This document shows, one piece after another, positions 12,251-28,974 of a stretch of 64,000 bases of DNA (the stretch's first letter is position 1; each line of letters starts with the position of its first letter). The position numbers and the translations under genes are program-made. Source of the stretch: the human T2T-CHM13v2.0 reference genome, Homo sapiens; the NCBI RefSeq assembly GCF_009914755.1, contig NC_060930.1; one strand, given 5' to 3'. The notes beneath the pieces are model-generated. The model did not search any database and was not told the origin of the DNA. It worked only from the letters and a program-made list of their open reading frames with translations.

Positions 12251-13229
12251 GGAAGTTCTATTTTGGTATATTTCAAGGTTTTGTTCCAAGATTTAGAACT
12301 TCTTTTAGCATTTTTTTTGTAATTCTGGGTTAGTAGTGGTGAATTCTCTCAGCCTTTGTCTGAAAAAGACTTTATCGCTGCTTCATTTATGAAGTTTTGT
12401 TCATTTATCAAAATCTTTTTTATTTGTCTTTGTCTGATTGGGTTAATTCTAAAGCCTGCCTTCAAGCTCTGAAGTTTATTCTTCTACTTGTTCTAGTTTA
12501 GTGTTGAAACTTTCCAGTGCAGTTTGTATTTCTCTAAATTTGTCTTTCATTTCCAGAAGTCGTGATTGTTTTTTCTTATAAGATCTATTTTTCTGGAGAA
12601 TTTTTCATCCATATCTTGTATTGTTTTTTAAATTTCTTTAAGTTGTTTTTCACCCTTCTCTGGTATCCCCTTGAGTAGCTTAATAAACAACCTTCTGAAT
12701 TATTTATCTGGCAATTCAGAGATTTCTTCTTGGTTTGGATCCATTGCTGGGGAGCTGGTATTATTTTTTGTGGGTGTTACAGAGCCCTGTTTTGTCATCT
12801 TACTGGAATTACTTTTCTGGTTTCTTCTCATTTGGGTGAACTATTTTATTAGAAAGTCTGGAACTCAAGGCCTGCTGTTCAGATTCTCTTGTCCCACAGG
12901 GTGATTCCTTGATATGGTGCTCTCCCCCTTCCCCTGGGGATGGGGCTTCCTAAGAGCCAGACTGCAATGATTGTTATTGCTCTTCTGGCTCTAGCCACCC
13001 AGTGGGGATACTGGGCTCTGGGCTGGTGCTGGGGAATGTGTGCAAAGAGTACTGTGATGTGATCTGTCTTCAGGTCTCCCAGCCATGGATACCAGCACCT
13101 GATCTAGTGGAGGTGACGTAGACTCTGTGAGAGTCCTTGGTTGTAGATATGTTTAGTGTTCTGGCTTTCTCTAATGCTGGTTATGCTAGCAGTGAATTTG
13201 TTGTGTGGACACACTCAACACCTCTGGTT

Positions 13230-13622
<393 letters not shown>

Positions 13623-13959
13623 CTAAGTTGGTTAGTCTCCAGTCAGGATTTGGCACTTTCAAGAGAGCACCAGCTGCAGCCAGGACTTCTTTGTTATTAT
13701 AATGTTTCTGTAAGTAGTTCCAAGATAAGGGGGCACAACAAGCCATGCAGGACCACATGCAGAAGCACCAGGTTGGTCAGGAAGCTGAGGGCACATGATG
13801 ATTTTTATGTGGCCACATCACCCAATTTTATTTGTCCATTTATAGGCTTCTCAGGATCCTGGCATCTTAGCTATGGATATCCCAATACCTGCCAGTCACA
13901 GCACCACAGATGTTGGGTGTCTAGGAGCAGAGAACTCAGAGCAGTGATGACAAGATATA

Positions 13960-15790
13960 ACTATTTCTTTTTTCTTTCAGCACTTTGATTATATTGTCCT
14001 ATTGTCTGCTGGCCTACAAGGTTCTGCTAAGAAATGTGCTCATAGTCTAATGGGGATTCCCTTATATCTGACTTGACACTTTTCTCTTGCTAATGTTAGA
14101 ATTCTGTCTTTGTCTTTGACTTTTCAAGTTTGATCATAATGTCCCTTGGGGATGACCCGTTTGCATTGAATTTGACCATTAAGCTTCCTAGGTCTGATGT
14201 CTATATCTTTCAGAAGATTTGGGAAATTTTAAGCTATTATTTTGTTAAATAAGCTTCCTGTGCCTTTCCCTATCTCCTCCTTCCGAAAATTGCATAGTGA
14301 ATATTTACTTAATCGTGTCTCATAAGATCTGTAGGCATTCTTTATTCTTTTTAATTTTTGTTTTCTCTGAATGGGTTATCTCAAAATATCTGTCTTTAAA
14401 TTCAAAAATTCCTTTTTTTTTGCTTGATCCAGTCTGCTGTTGTAGGTGGTAGTTGTATTGAGTTGTATTGTTCCTTTCATTTATTGAATTCTTCAGCTCT
14501 AAGAATTCTGTTTAGTTCCTTATAATAATATCTGTCCCTTTGTTGACTGTCTCATTCAGATTATGAATTGTTTTCCTCATTTCATTTCCCGTATTCTCTT
14601 GTGTCTCATTGAATTTCCTTAAAACTATTATTTTAAACTCCCTTTCAGGCATTTCCTAAATTTTCTTTTGCTTTTTGAGGTCAGTTATCAGAGAATTATT
14701 GTGCTTCTTTGAGGGTGTTATGTTTTCTTGCTGTTTTGTTTCTTGTGTCCCTATCTTGATATCTGCACATCTGGTGAGAGAGTTGTTTCTTGCATTTTTA
14801 TGGGGTAGCTTTTTTAGAGAAAGTTATTTTTTTTTCCTTGCAGATGTGTCCTAGGATGTCAGTTGAGTAGTGTGCATTGGCTTTGGTTCTAGGTAGGTGC
14901 AGAGTATGCTTATGGGGTTTCTTCAGCTGTAATCAATGCCAGTGATGCCTGTGAGTTTCTCAGTGGCCTCGGCTATAGAAGTTTGTGGTGGCAGTGGTAT
15001 GGCTTTGCTGGGGCCAGGACGGTGGGCTGCTTCTCAAACGAAGGGGGTTCATTGGTTTTGCCTCAGCATCCCTGTTGTGCAGAACCACCTGTACACTGGA
15101 GAATAGGACACTACATTGGCTTGGGTGTTGGGCTTACAGCTGTTATACTGCCTAGCTTCCAATTATTGATATTGTGGCACTGTAGCCAGGTGTGTAAGCA
15201 TGGTGGAATGGCAGTGCAGCCTCAGAAATGGAGGAGCACAGTGGCTACTGTCCCCCTGAACAGAATGTACTCTAGCAGTGACTTCAGTTTCAATTTGGCA
15301 GTGTGTCAGAGCAGCTTGCATCACAGTGGGGTTGATGGGTCCTGGGGGTTTGGGGTGGGTTCCTCCTCTGGAATAATGCAGCCATGTGAACTCCAGGCAG
15401 TTCCCTAAACTTGGCTCAGGGCCTTGTATTACTGCAGAATTGTCCAGTAGTAGAGACTTCAGGTATCTACAGCGGTAATGGAGTGGCAAACGGAGGGGGC
15501 CTCCTGTTTACCTTTTCCCTGCATGGAGGAGTCTTTCTTAGTTTGGAGCTGATCTCAACTAGGGAGATGAGATGGAAGAGGTGTATCATTTTCTTCCCTT
15601 CTCTATGCTACCAATCTGAGTTTCTGTTCTCCATATCATTTTCTGTACCACCTCCACCCCCGCCCATACTCCAGTGCTCTCCTTTAGACTCTAGCTGAAA
15701 TGTAGTTGCTTATTTATTGTTTTGGTCCTTTTTATGAGGTGACAAGCATTAGGCACCTTTAGTCAGCCATCTTGCTGACATTACTCATCA
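13960..15790 (-). mobile_element. Old L1 ORF1 and 5' UTR (probable 5' part of the host L1MA)
   Basis: Antisense L1M ORF1 (ttctttcagcactttgattatattgtcc...ggcctacaaggttctgctaagaa) ending in a 5'-terminal-like agtcagccatcttg. Confidence 0.75.
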
Positions 15791-16208
15791 TCTTCATTTT
15801 TGACTGGGTTTAGTGCCCAGTTCACTAAGACCTTATCATCTCTGCCATCTGTTGGGCACAGCTCTTAGTAATGAATACCTACCTGCAGATCCTTACATGG
15901 GTTTTGTTTGTTTGTTTGTTTGTTTGTTTTTGCTTGCTCAAGCTTCATAGGGCAAAGTATAGAGCAAAACGGAGCAGAAGCTAAGAGTGCAGGCAGGAAA
16001 TAAGAAGTAAAATAATTGGACAGATTTTCTGGTTGGCTCAAATTTTTTTTTTGAGATCAATTCCAAAATTATTTGCTTAATGGTTTAGGTATTGCAGGAC
16101 AATATTTGTTTAGACGTAACATTGTAGTAAATTGAATCAATACAAAATCACTCTTAAGTCACTTCCATTTACAATGTATACGAAATATAAGAAAGGTAGC
16201 ATAAGTTG

Positions 16209-16593
<385 letters not shown>

Positions 16594-17075
16594 TTACATC
16601 ACTTTGAGTAAACTTTTGAAGCTTTTTGACATTTTGAAGCTAAGAATTTATAAAAGGTTAAAGGATCAAAAATTAATTCTAAATAAAGGTTGGTTCATGC
16701 ATTTTAAGGCAGGTCAGCCTTATATAAATGTACTGTGACCAGACGATGCTGCTACTGTTGTGGTATGAAATGTTTAAAAAGGAAAAATCTTTGTGCTTTG
16801 TTGATTCAGAACTATTTATGATGTGCTATCTTTTCCTGTTATCCCCTATTACTTGTGTCTTTGTATTGTCCTTGAATTCTCAAAGGTGACACCTTATTGA
16901 GGTTTATATTTGTATTTGGCAATTTTCTTCTTACTCCTACATGTCTAAAGTAACCATATTTCTAATTTTAAAAAATCATGAGGAAGTTATGCTTTCAATC
17001 GAGATGTAATAACAGGAACTGGATTTACAGTCTGGCCAAAACAAAAAAAAAGTACAAATATGAAACAATGGTTTT

Positions 17076-18068
17076 TTTTTTTATTTTATTATTATTATAC
17101 TTTAAGTTTTAGGGTACATGTGCACAATGTGCAGGTTAGTTACATATGTATACATGTGCCATGCTGGTGTGCTGCACCCATTAACTCGTCATTTAGCATT
17201 AGGTATAACTCCTAATGCTATCCTTTCCCCCTCCCCCCACCCCACAACAGCCCCCAGAGTGTGATGTTCCCCTTCCTGTGTCCATGAGTTCTCATTGTTC
17301 AATTCCCACCTATGAGTGAGAACATGCGGTGTTTGGTTTTTTGTCCTTGCGATAGTTTACTGAGAATGATGATTTCTAATTTCATCCATGTCCCTACAAA
17401 GGACATGAACTCATCATTTTTTATGGCTGAATAGTATTCCATGGTGTATATGTGCCACATTTTCTTAATCCAGTCTATCGTTGTTGGACATTTGAGTTGG
17501 TTCCAAGTCTTTGCTATTGTGAATAGTGCCACAATAAACATACGTGTGCATGTGTCTTCATAGCAGCGTGATTTATAGTCCTTTGGGTATATACCCAGTA
17601 ATGGGATGGCTGGGTCAAATGATATTTCTAGTTCTAGATCCCTGAGGAATCGCCACACTGACTTCCACAATGGTTGAACTAGTTTACAGTCCCACCAACA
17701 GTGTAAAAGTGTTCCTATTTCTCCACATCCTCTCCAGCACCTGTTGTTTCCTGATTTTTAATGATTGCCATTCGAACTGGTGTGAGATGGTATCTCATTG
17801 TGGTTTTGATTTGCATTTCTCTGATGGCCAGTGATGATGAGCATTTTTTCATGTGTCTTTTGGCTGCATACATGTCTTCTTTTGAGAAGTGTCTGTTCAT
17901 ATCCTTTGCCCACTTTTTGATGGGGTTGTTTGTTTTTTTCTTGTAAATTTGTTTGTGTTCATTGTAGATTCTGGATATTAGCCCTTTGTCAGAGGAGTAG
18001 GTTGCGAAAATTTTCTCCCATTCTGTAGGTTGCCTGTTCACTCTGATGGTAGTTTCTTTTGCTGTGCA
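17076..18068 (-). mobile_element. 5'-truncated young L1PA (L1PA2/3-like), ~1 kb 3' end
   Basis: ORF2 C-terminus (...WMKLEIIILSKLSQGQKTKHRMFSLIGGN*, ORF 17299-17670), L1PA 3' UTR and tail; perfect TSD gaaacaatggtttt (17062-17075 / 18069-18082). Confidence 0.96.
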
Positions 18069-18404
18069 GAAACAATGGTTTTCAATATATTGGACATCAG
18101 GCAATGCATCACAGTGATTACTGGGAGAGAGGAAATGAACAAGGTGTACAACATTAGAACCTTGAGTGTGTTTCCAGGTTGTGGTGTAGGGAGGGGAACC
18201 CAGTGATCTCCCTGGGTTGAGGAGACAGAGCTAACAGTCCAAGAGAATATAGTTACTAGAGTTTGCTGGACGAGAGTGCTGGATAAGACAGATCTGTACA
18301 GAGAAATAACTCTGAAGATCTGAATAAGGTATTCTTTGGTATCTTTGGATATTAGCATTGCAGAAGGAAATATAATGAACTTGAAGTTAAAGTTAAAGAG
18401 TCCT

Positions 18405-18724
<320 letters not shown>

Positions 18725-21700
18725 CTACTCAAGGTCCAGAAAATAGCTCCTTGAAAGGATTAGAGGGAATAGCATCCAGCAATTACACAGGGCTAAGAAT
18801 AGTGCCAGTTTCTACCTGCCGGAATAAAAAATCTTTACTTAATAGGGCATTGAGTAAAGTACACAGGGCCTTTCCTCAGTTGTAGGAAATAGCCATAGAC
18901 TGAGCACGGCTCCAGTCCTGCATAACAAATCTTAAAAGCAGGATCTGACTTACTCAAACTGTTTGCAGATAATTGTATCCTAGAACAAAAGCTGAGAATA
19001 TTTATAGCAATACAAAAAATTCAGTACTCAACAAGGTAACACAATGTCTGGCATCCAATAAAAATTATCATGCATGCAAGAAGCAGAAAATCAAGATCCA
19101 TAATGAAAAGAATAAGCAATTGAAACTGACCAAGAATTGACATCGAAAATAGAATAGCAGAAGAGGACATTAAACAATTATTATGGTTGTATATAATATG
19201 TTCCAAAAGTTAAGTGAATACATGTAAGATATAAAAAATGCCCAAATCAAATTTCTAGAGATGAAAACTAAAATATGTGAGTTGAAAAGTATGATGGATA
19301 AGACTGATGACAAATTAGCATTGCAGAAGAAAATATAGTGAACTTGAAGTTAAAGCAATAGAAATAATTCAAAGTAAAACACACAGAGGAAAAAGAATCA
19401 AATAACAAAGTACAGGACATTGATAAGCTGTAGAGAAATATTAAGTGATCTATGTATGCAATTAGAATCCCTGAAGAGAGAGAAAATAAAAAAACTTCGA
19501 AGAAATAATGGTCAAGATTTTTCTAAATTGATAAAAGCCATAAACGCACATATTCAAGAAATTCAATAAATCCCAAGCACAAAAATTATGAAGAAAATTG
19601 CAAGAAAGCACATTTTTATCAGATTGCTAAAACTACTGGGAAGAGAAAATCTTAAGATCAGCCAGAACAAAAAAGACACATAAGAGAAACAAAGAATGAC
19701 AGAATTTTATTTTCATCAACAATGCAAGTGAGAAGACAGTGAAGCAACATTTTTATGTGTTATATAAGACAAAACATTAACCCCAAATTCCATAGTAAAA
19801 ATATATTTGAAAACTTAAATGAAATAAAAATTTCATAGAATATTTTAAAAAGCTGAAAAAAATTCATCATTAGCAGGTCTGCAATACAGGAAGCATCAAA
19901 AAAAGTCCTTTAGTGAGAGGGAGAAATATATCAAATGGAAATACAGATTTACACAAAGAAACAGCAAGCACTGAAAATTATAACTGCATGAATAAGCATG
20001 TGAGATTTTTTTCCTATTGTAAAAAATCTGTTCAAAAAATAATTGGCTGTTAAAACAAAAACAATAGCAAAGTAGTGTGGAGTTTATAGCATTTGAAAAT
20101 GTAAAACATATTGTAATAATAACACAAAAGCAAGGATGAGAGTTAGAGTAACATAACACTGTAACATTCTTATGCTATAACAAAGTAATATAATATAACT
20201 TGAAAATATACTGTGATAAGTTAAAGATGTATACTATAAATCCTACAGCCACTACTAAAATAAAAAATAAAGAGCTAGATCTAATAAGCCAATTGAAGAT
20301 GTAATTGAATCACTTAAAACATTAAATTAATTCAGAAAGGGAAGAAAAAAAACAGATGGAATAAATATAAAACAAATATCAAAATTATAGGTTTAAATCT
20401 GACCATATCAATAATAATATTTAATGTAGATTATCTAAATACTTCAATTAAATCAGCAGTTATCAGACTGGATAACAAACCAAGACCCAGCTCTATGCTG
20501 CCTACAAAAAACACCCTTTAAAAATAAAGATACAAATAGGTAAAAAATAAATAAATGAAAGCATAGAAAACATATACCATATGAACATTAACTAAGAAAA
20601 CCTGGAATGGATATATTAGTATCAGAAAAACTCTTGCTCTGAAATCTATGTATAAATATATTCATGGATAAAGAAAGTTATTTCATAATGATAAAGGATC
20701 AATTCTTTAGGAAGACTTAGAAATACAAAATGTTTTCATGCATCTAATAACAGCTTCAAAATACATGAAGCAAAACTCATAGATGGAATCTATTAAAAAA
20801 ACACCAGGACTAATAAATGCTAATGGCAAGGTTACAGGATACAGGATCACTTTTAAAAAAATCAATTGTGTATACTAGCAATAAAAAAATCTGATATTAC
20901 AATTTAAAATATCATTTAAAATAGCATCAAATATTTAATACCTGGAAATAAATCTGACAAAAGATGCCCTAGATCCACATACTGAAAATTGTAAAACATA
21001 GCTGAGAGAAATTCAAGAAGCCCTAAGTAAATAGGGAAACATAATATGTCTATGAGTTCAGAGGCTCAATACTGTTAAGACGTTAAATCTCCCAAATTGG
21101 TTTACAGAATCAATTCAATAAAAATGCCAGAGGGGTTTTTGTTTTTGTTTTGCAGAAGTTCAGAAACTGGCATTAAAATTCATGTGAAAATGCAGAGGGT
21201 TGAGAATAGACCAAACAACCTTGAAAAAGAAGGAAGTTGTAGAATCAAAATTACCCAACTTCAAGAATCTTATAAAGCTACAGTAATTAAGACAGTGTGG
21301 TATTTGCATTAAGAGAGGGAAATAGAATAATGGAAAAGGATAGAGAACTCAAAAATAGATTCACACATGTATGAACAAAGGCTATTCAACAAAGGTGAAG
21401 TGTAAATTCAGTTGAGAAAGAATATTGTTTGCACTGAGTGATACTGAAAAAAGACCATATCCATATGCCCAAAAAATAACTTCTATTTATGTCTCATAAC
21501 ATATATAAAAGTTGACTCAAAACGGATTATAAAACTAAATGTAAAACTCAAACCAGGCAACTTATAAAAGTAAGCATATGAGAAAATATTTGTTACTTTG
21601 GGTTAGGCAGAAGTTGCTGAGATAATATACCAAAACTATAATTAATTTGACTTCATGTAAATTTAAAACTGCTTTTTCAAAGATACTGTTAAGAGAATGA

Positions 21701-21799
21701 AAAAAAAAAAGCCACAGATTTTGAGAAAGTATTTTCAAATCTAATAAAAATCTTGTATCCATATTACACAAAGAACTCTCAAACTCAAAGTTAAGAAAA

Positions 21800-22112
21800 T
21801 GCTATAGGGTGAATATTTGTGCACCCACTCCCAACTCATATCTTGAAATCTTAACCCCTATTGTGACGGTTTATCAATAGGTGATAAATGCTCTCATAAA
21901 AGACACTTAGGAGGGCTCCCTCACCCTTTCTGCCATGTGAGGATATAGGGAGAAGATGATTGTCTGTGAAATAGCAGCAGGCCCTCACCAGCCACTAAAT
22001 CTGCTGGTGCCTTGGACTTCCCAGCCTCCAGAACTATGAGAAATAAATTTTTGTTGTTTTTTGCCACCCAGTCTATAATATTTTGTTATAGTATTCCAAA
22101 TGTGTTAAGACA
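21800..22112 (+). mobile_element. MLT1A-type solo LTR
   Basis: tgctata...aaatctgctggtgccttggacttcccagcctccagaactatgagaaataaat...taagaca with a gaaaa 5-bp TSD. Confidence 0.85.
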
Positions 22113-22423
22113 GAAAACAACCTAAGGTAAAAATTGGAAAAATGCTTGGAGAGACATTTCAGTAATCCAGATATAAGGATGGCAAGTAAGCACACACAAA
22201 AAAATATGTTGACCATCAGTGGTCATGAGAGAAATGCAAATAAAAATGACACTATACCATTATAAACCTTTTACAATCGTTAAACTAAAAAAGACAAACT
22301 AAATTTACCAAGTGTTGGCATGTATGTGAAAGAACTAGAACTCATGCATTGCTGGTGGGAATGTAAAAAGTTGCAAACACTTTGGAAAACAATTTGGTAC
22401 TTTGTTTAAAAGTTAAATAGATA

Positions 22424-22898
22424 CAGTACTTCTCTCTTATCTTCAGTTTTGTTTCCCACAGTTCCAGGTGTCTGCAGTTAACTGTGGTCCAAAAATATTA
22501 AATGGAAAACTTTAGAAATAAACAATTCATAAGTTTTAAATCAAGAATTGCACACCATTCTGAGTAGCATGATGAAATCTTTACCACTCTGCCCTGTTCT
22601 GCCTAAGACATGAATCACCCTTTTGTCCAGTATTTGTGTGCTGTATACACTACATGCCCATCAGTCACTTAGTAGCCATCTTGGTTATGAGATCTACTGT
22701 CTTAGTATTATTTTATTATATTATTAATTATTATGGTTAATCTCTTACTGTGCCTAATTTATAAATTAAACTTTATCATAAACATGCATATATAGAATAA
22801 AACATAGTACTGTATATATAGGGTCTGATATTATACATGGTTTGAGGCATCCACTGGGGGTCTTGAAACACATCTTCCATGAATAAGGGGATCTATTA
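22424..22898. mobile_element. MER44-type (Tigger-derived) DNA transposon fossil
   Basis: tgtggtccaaaaatattaaatggaaaa...aataaacaattcataagttttaaa...gcatccactgggggtcttg with degenerate terminal inverted repeats. Confidence 0.8.
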
Positions 22899-23149
22899 TA
22901 ATATATTCCCTACTATACAATCCAGTCATTCTATTCCTAGGTGTTTACCCCAAAGAAATGTAAACATATATTCACACAAAGAGTTTTGTACAAATGTTCA
23001 TAGCAGCTTTATTTGTAATATTCCCAAGCTGGGAACAACAGAAATGTCCATCCAGATGTGATTAAATAAATATGTTCATGTCCCGATTGTCCAGTGGGAT
23101 ACTACTAATTCATAATAATGAGTAGCCTATAGATACATAGTATAACTTT

Positions 23150-23348
23150 CAGCTGTGTCCAACCCTTGGAATGTGAAAACTTTTTTGCTTATCTGTGGTG
23201 GCACATATCACGAAAATTATCCACAAACCTTTTTTTTTTTTTTTTTTAAACTCATCAGCTATAGTCAGTGTTGGTGTATTTTATGTGTGGCCCAAGACAA
23301 TTCTCCTTCCAGTGTGGCCCAGGGAAGGCAAAAGTTTGGACACCCATG
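23150..23348. mobile_element. MER30-type hAT MITE
   Basis: ctcatcagctatagtcagtgttggtgtattttatgtgtggcccaagacaattct...tgtggcccagggaag..aaaag.ttggacaccc. Confidence 0.85.
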
Positions 23349-24054
23349 AATGAATCTCAAAATAATTATGCTGAGTGAAAGAAGCCAGAGAAATGGAGTA
23401 TAAACCTTGTGATTTTATTTATTAATATATAACATTCTAGACAATGCGAATGAATCTACAGTGACCACATTCAGATCATTGTTGCCTGATAATGGGAGAT
23501 GGGTGAGTGGTATGAGGAAGAATGGGAAGGAGGGACATGAGGAACGTTTTGCGGGTGATAGATATGATCTTTATTTTGATTGTGGTGTGATTTCATAATA
23601 CACCCATATATATATAATTGGGCACTTTATTTATGTCAATTTTACCTTAAGAAAGCTGTTTTTTTAAAAAAAAATACAGGAGAAAGCCAGGAAAAAAATG
23701 GAGACATACAACCTTAAAATATTTTTTCCTGATTGTTGAATTTATAAGGTTAAATACCTTAGAACATACATTTAATAATTCATTCAACAATCATTTTAAA
23801 AACTATCTGAAACTATATAATTCAAGGATATCAAAAATGTATAGTCACGATGTGCATATCCCCATCTAACTTCTATAGACATTGATAGTTATCTGACAAT
23901 TCAAACTTTCTAAAACCAAATAATCTTTTTTAGGAGATAAATTTTGTTATTAGATAACATTAGTAGGGTATTACAGAAAGTATCTGCCGTGGAATCTTGG
24001 CTCAGATTCCCGCTGTCTCTGTGAACTTTAGCAAGTTACTTTACTTTCCAATAT

Positions 24055-24427
24055 GCAAAGTGGTGCTCCACCTTGATCTTCTGGTGTCCCTTTTACTGTC
24101 TTGGTGGGCCCTTACCCTGACTTCTGTTGGCCTGCTAGTTCATTTTCACACCCAGCCCCCATCCTTACACCTCCATGGTCCTTAGCTGATGACTGACAGT
24201 TGTGGGAGTTAGAAAGTCTTGCCTGCCATTGCAGAGGTCTCTTGCCATACGAGGTTTCATGAAGCAGGACTTTGACTGAAATCCTACGCATATCTGGCTT
24301 CTTTCTGTCCTTTTCCTTGATTCCCTCACCCTCTTCCCTATTTTGTTGGGAGTTCTTCTTTCAAAAATCGCTCGCACAAGAATCTTCATTTCAGAATCTG
24401 ATTTTGGGCAGCCAGATTCAGGATAGT
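24055..24427 (+). mobile_element. Old ERVL LTR (LTR16-like) nested in a MIR
   Basis: LTR16-type 3' end (gcacaagaatcttcatttcagaatctgattttggg); MIR-like sequence on both sides. Confidence 0.5.
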
Positions 24428-25354
24428 CCTCATAAGTAAATGGGGATGGCAAAACGTACCTTGCAAATTTGTTGCTAGAACCATGATATAAGGTCTAAAG
24501 CTACTGACACACAGGGCCTTCATTAAATAGCAAACATCCTCCACTTGCTACCTAGCGCAAGTTAGCTTAGCCTAAATACAGCGTAATAGTAAAGAGAAAT
24601 ATTGTCAAATAGGAAAAAATCATGAGCTTTCTAATCAGAGCCTACTTGGGCTCAAATCTCAGCCATGTCATTTGCTAGCTATGTTGCTTCATAGGTTACA
24701 TCATTACTTTGTACCTCTTTTTATTCTGTAAAATGGGGATAATAACACCCAAGGTTGATAGAAGTATGTTCTGTGTTATAACTGAGACTTAGGTCTGGCA
24801 TGAGTTAAGCAATATTCCCTCTTCCCTAAGTATCTATTTAAATATCCTGCTTTATCTTTGAAATGAGAAAACTTCTAGGAAATACAAATATGAAATGCAA
24901 AAACAAACAAAAACAATAAACTAAACAAACAAAACCAAAAATCCCTGAACTTTGTTCACAACCAAGATTCAGAAACAAATAATTTTTATCTGGCTTGGGG
25001 AAAGTGTGACAAACAAGACAATTTTGGTGATGTGATTTTGGAAGCCCTGAGAATTCATAAGGGGGAGAAGAAGTGTAATACAATGAATCCACTTTATTCA
25101 GCAATGGGAAGTGCTATGAGGGGACCAGTCATTCTGGACAGAGCTCAGGAAATGATTACAAAAAGTTCTGACTCAAGAGTTTCCTGAGAGTTGAAGGTGC
25201 TCTCGCACTTTGTAATACTTTAGGTTCCAACTAACTATGCTGTTCCATTCCCCAGAGCATTCCTCAGTGGAGCTGTGGTGGTTTCCATCTCAGTCCTTTC
25301 ATGCTACCAGTTGACAAGAGCCATCTCAAGAGCAGAGGTGAATTGAGAGGATTC

Positions 25355-26598
<1,244 letters not shown>

Positions 26599-26899
26599 CT
26601 TTTTTTTTTTTTTTTTTTTGAGACAGAGTCTTGTATCATTCAGGCTGGGGTGCAGTGGTACACTCTTGGCTCACTGTAACCTCTGCTTCCTGGGCTCAAG
26701 CAATTGTCATGCCTCAGCCTTCCAAGAAGCTGTGTTTACAGGTGTGCACCACCACACTTGGCTAATTTTTGTATTTTTAGTAGAGACAGGGTTTTGCTAT
26801 GTTGCCCAGGCTAGTCTGGAACTCCCGGCCTCAAGCAATCCACCCGCCTTGGCCTCCCAAAGTGCTGAGATTACAGACATGGGCCACTGCGCCTTGCCT
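26599..26899 (-). mobile_element. AluJ-like element
   Basis: Diverged Alu with tcctgggctcaagcaat and gttgcccaggct features of AluJ. Confidence 0.9.
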
Positions 26900-27307
26900 A
26901 GTTTGCATTTTCATTCTGGGAAGATTCTGCTCTTCGTGGATGCAGAGGTTGGGGAGGCAGAGGCATCCAGGGCAGTGCAGAGGGCAGGCAACGCTGGTGA
27001 AAGATGAAGGGAAGAAGCCAATGATAGGTGATCACTCAGTGGGTTCATGAACACATATTGTACATACTATATATTCAGCAATACATGAATGGAGGTTTTC
27101 AAGAGATTAGGAATTCTGTACTGAGCAGGTGGGACACAGAGAAACAAGACTGGATATTAACATTAATACAGCCTCATTCTTATCCATGGGCATTTGAGAC
27201 CTAGGTACATTCATGTTACGTAAGAATCAAGTGAGAAAATAACTATAAAAGGCTTAGTACTAGCCTAACTATACTAGGCACTTATTTTCTTTATTGCTTG
27301 CTCTCTT

Positions 27308-27770
27308 ATATCTTACATATATAAGAGCAAGCTATATATATGTGTGTGTGGGTATATACATATATACATACATACATATGTACGTATATACATATATAGT
27401 ATGTATATGTATATATACATATATACTATAGTATATAGTATATATATGTATATATACATACACATATATGTATGTATATGTATATATGTATATATACATA
27501 CACATATATGTATGTATATGTATATATGTATACACGTACATATATATGTACATATATGTATACACGTACATATATATGTATATGCATACACATACATATA
27601 TATGTATATGTATACACTTATACATATATACGTATGTATATATGTACGTATATACGTATGTATATATGTACGTATATACGTACGTATATATGTACGTATA
27701 TACATATATACATACATATATATACACATATATATACCCACACACATATACATATATATGTGTACACTCA
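27308..27770. repeat. ~460-bp compound (TA/CA/TG) alternating purine-pyrimidine repeat
   Basis: Almost pure RY alternation; source of the Y/I/H/T/M-rich artefact ORFs. Confidence 0.95.
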
Positions 27771-28974
27771 TAACATTCTAATTGACATTTTTAGAAGAAA
27801 TAAAATGGCACGAAAGGTATTAAAGAGGCTAGAAAATAACAGGAAAAAGTGTACTCACTTCTAAATTAGATGAACATATTTTATCACATAAGCTTCATGA
27901 AGAAAAAGCCTTGTAATAAGGTTTAATACTTGAACCTAAATTTCTTCAATAATTCATAATAGAAAAGCCTTGAAAAATATGGTATCATGCCCAGATTTAT
28001 TACTTTAAAATGTGAATAAGAATATTCACTTTTTTAACCTCTCCTCCCAAATGAGCCATTTAGAAACAACGCAGCAGTCTAGAACCCAACAGTTTGCAGC
28101 CTGTATTTCACAGAGCCTTAGGGTTTCCCAAAAAAGGTATGAAAGGTGTGAAATTGTTAAAAGAAAGCATTGGTGAAAGGAGAATGATCCCTTTACACTT
28201 TTTCTGTTTTAAGTATTGTGACTCAAGGCAAGATTTCATTTGAAAAAATAATTCTGCTGTTGAAAAATAAAGAGAACAAAAAGAAGAGGAATAAAAGCCA
28301 TCATTATAACAGAAAGATCATTGACTAGGAATCAAGACGTGGGATATAATCTAGCCATGTGATTTTAGGCAAATAATTTACATTTTGAATTTTGACCTGC
28401 AAAGATTAAGAGCAAGATAGCTTCTTTAACACTATTAAAGGACACTAGAATGGATTAACAAGTGATGCTAGTTTCAGCTTAAAAAAATAATTTGAATTTC
28501 AATTTCTTAGATATGTTCAAATGACTATAATTAGAACATCTATACCAAGTATTTGTTTTTAACATTATGCTAATATTAATACCTTGCCTATCAATAAAAG
28601 TTACTATTTATTGAAGTATTATTTCATTTAACTGAATTCTTCCCAGAACTCTATGAGTTTCTATTATCTCCATTTTATTAATAAAGGACAATGAAGCTCT
28701 GAGATATTCAAAGACTTGCCAAAATTAATTGTTCTCCAGGCCTTTATGAGTGATGAGTCTCTCCTTTCTACCCCACAGGCAGTCTTCTTTTAGGATCATT
28801 TTGGACCAGTGGTGGAATTTATTTGTGGAATAAATACCTGAGTGTCAAGGATATTTTGGGTTTCTGTAATTTAATGAATCAGTGTATATTGGAATCAGTT
28901 TTAGTAAGAACATATACATGATGACCATACGGTCAAGATTTTCTTGAACAGACTCCATTCCAAGTGTTTTCCAC

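Noticed and set aside
17299-18104. L1 ORF2 C-terminal ORFs
   Set aside because: Frameshifted tail of a 5'-truncated L1, not an independent gene.
27313-27864. Six long Y/I/H/T/M-rich ORFs
   Set aside because: Translations of the RY microsatellite.
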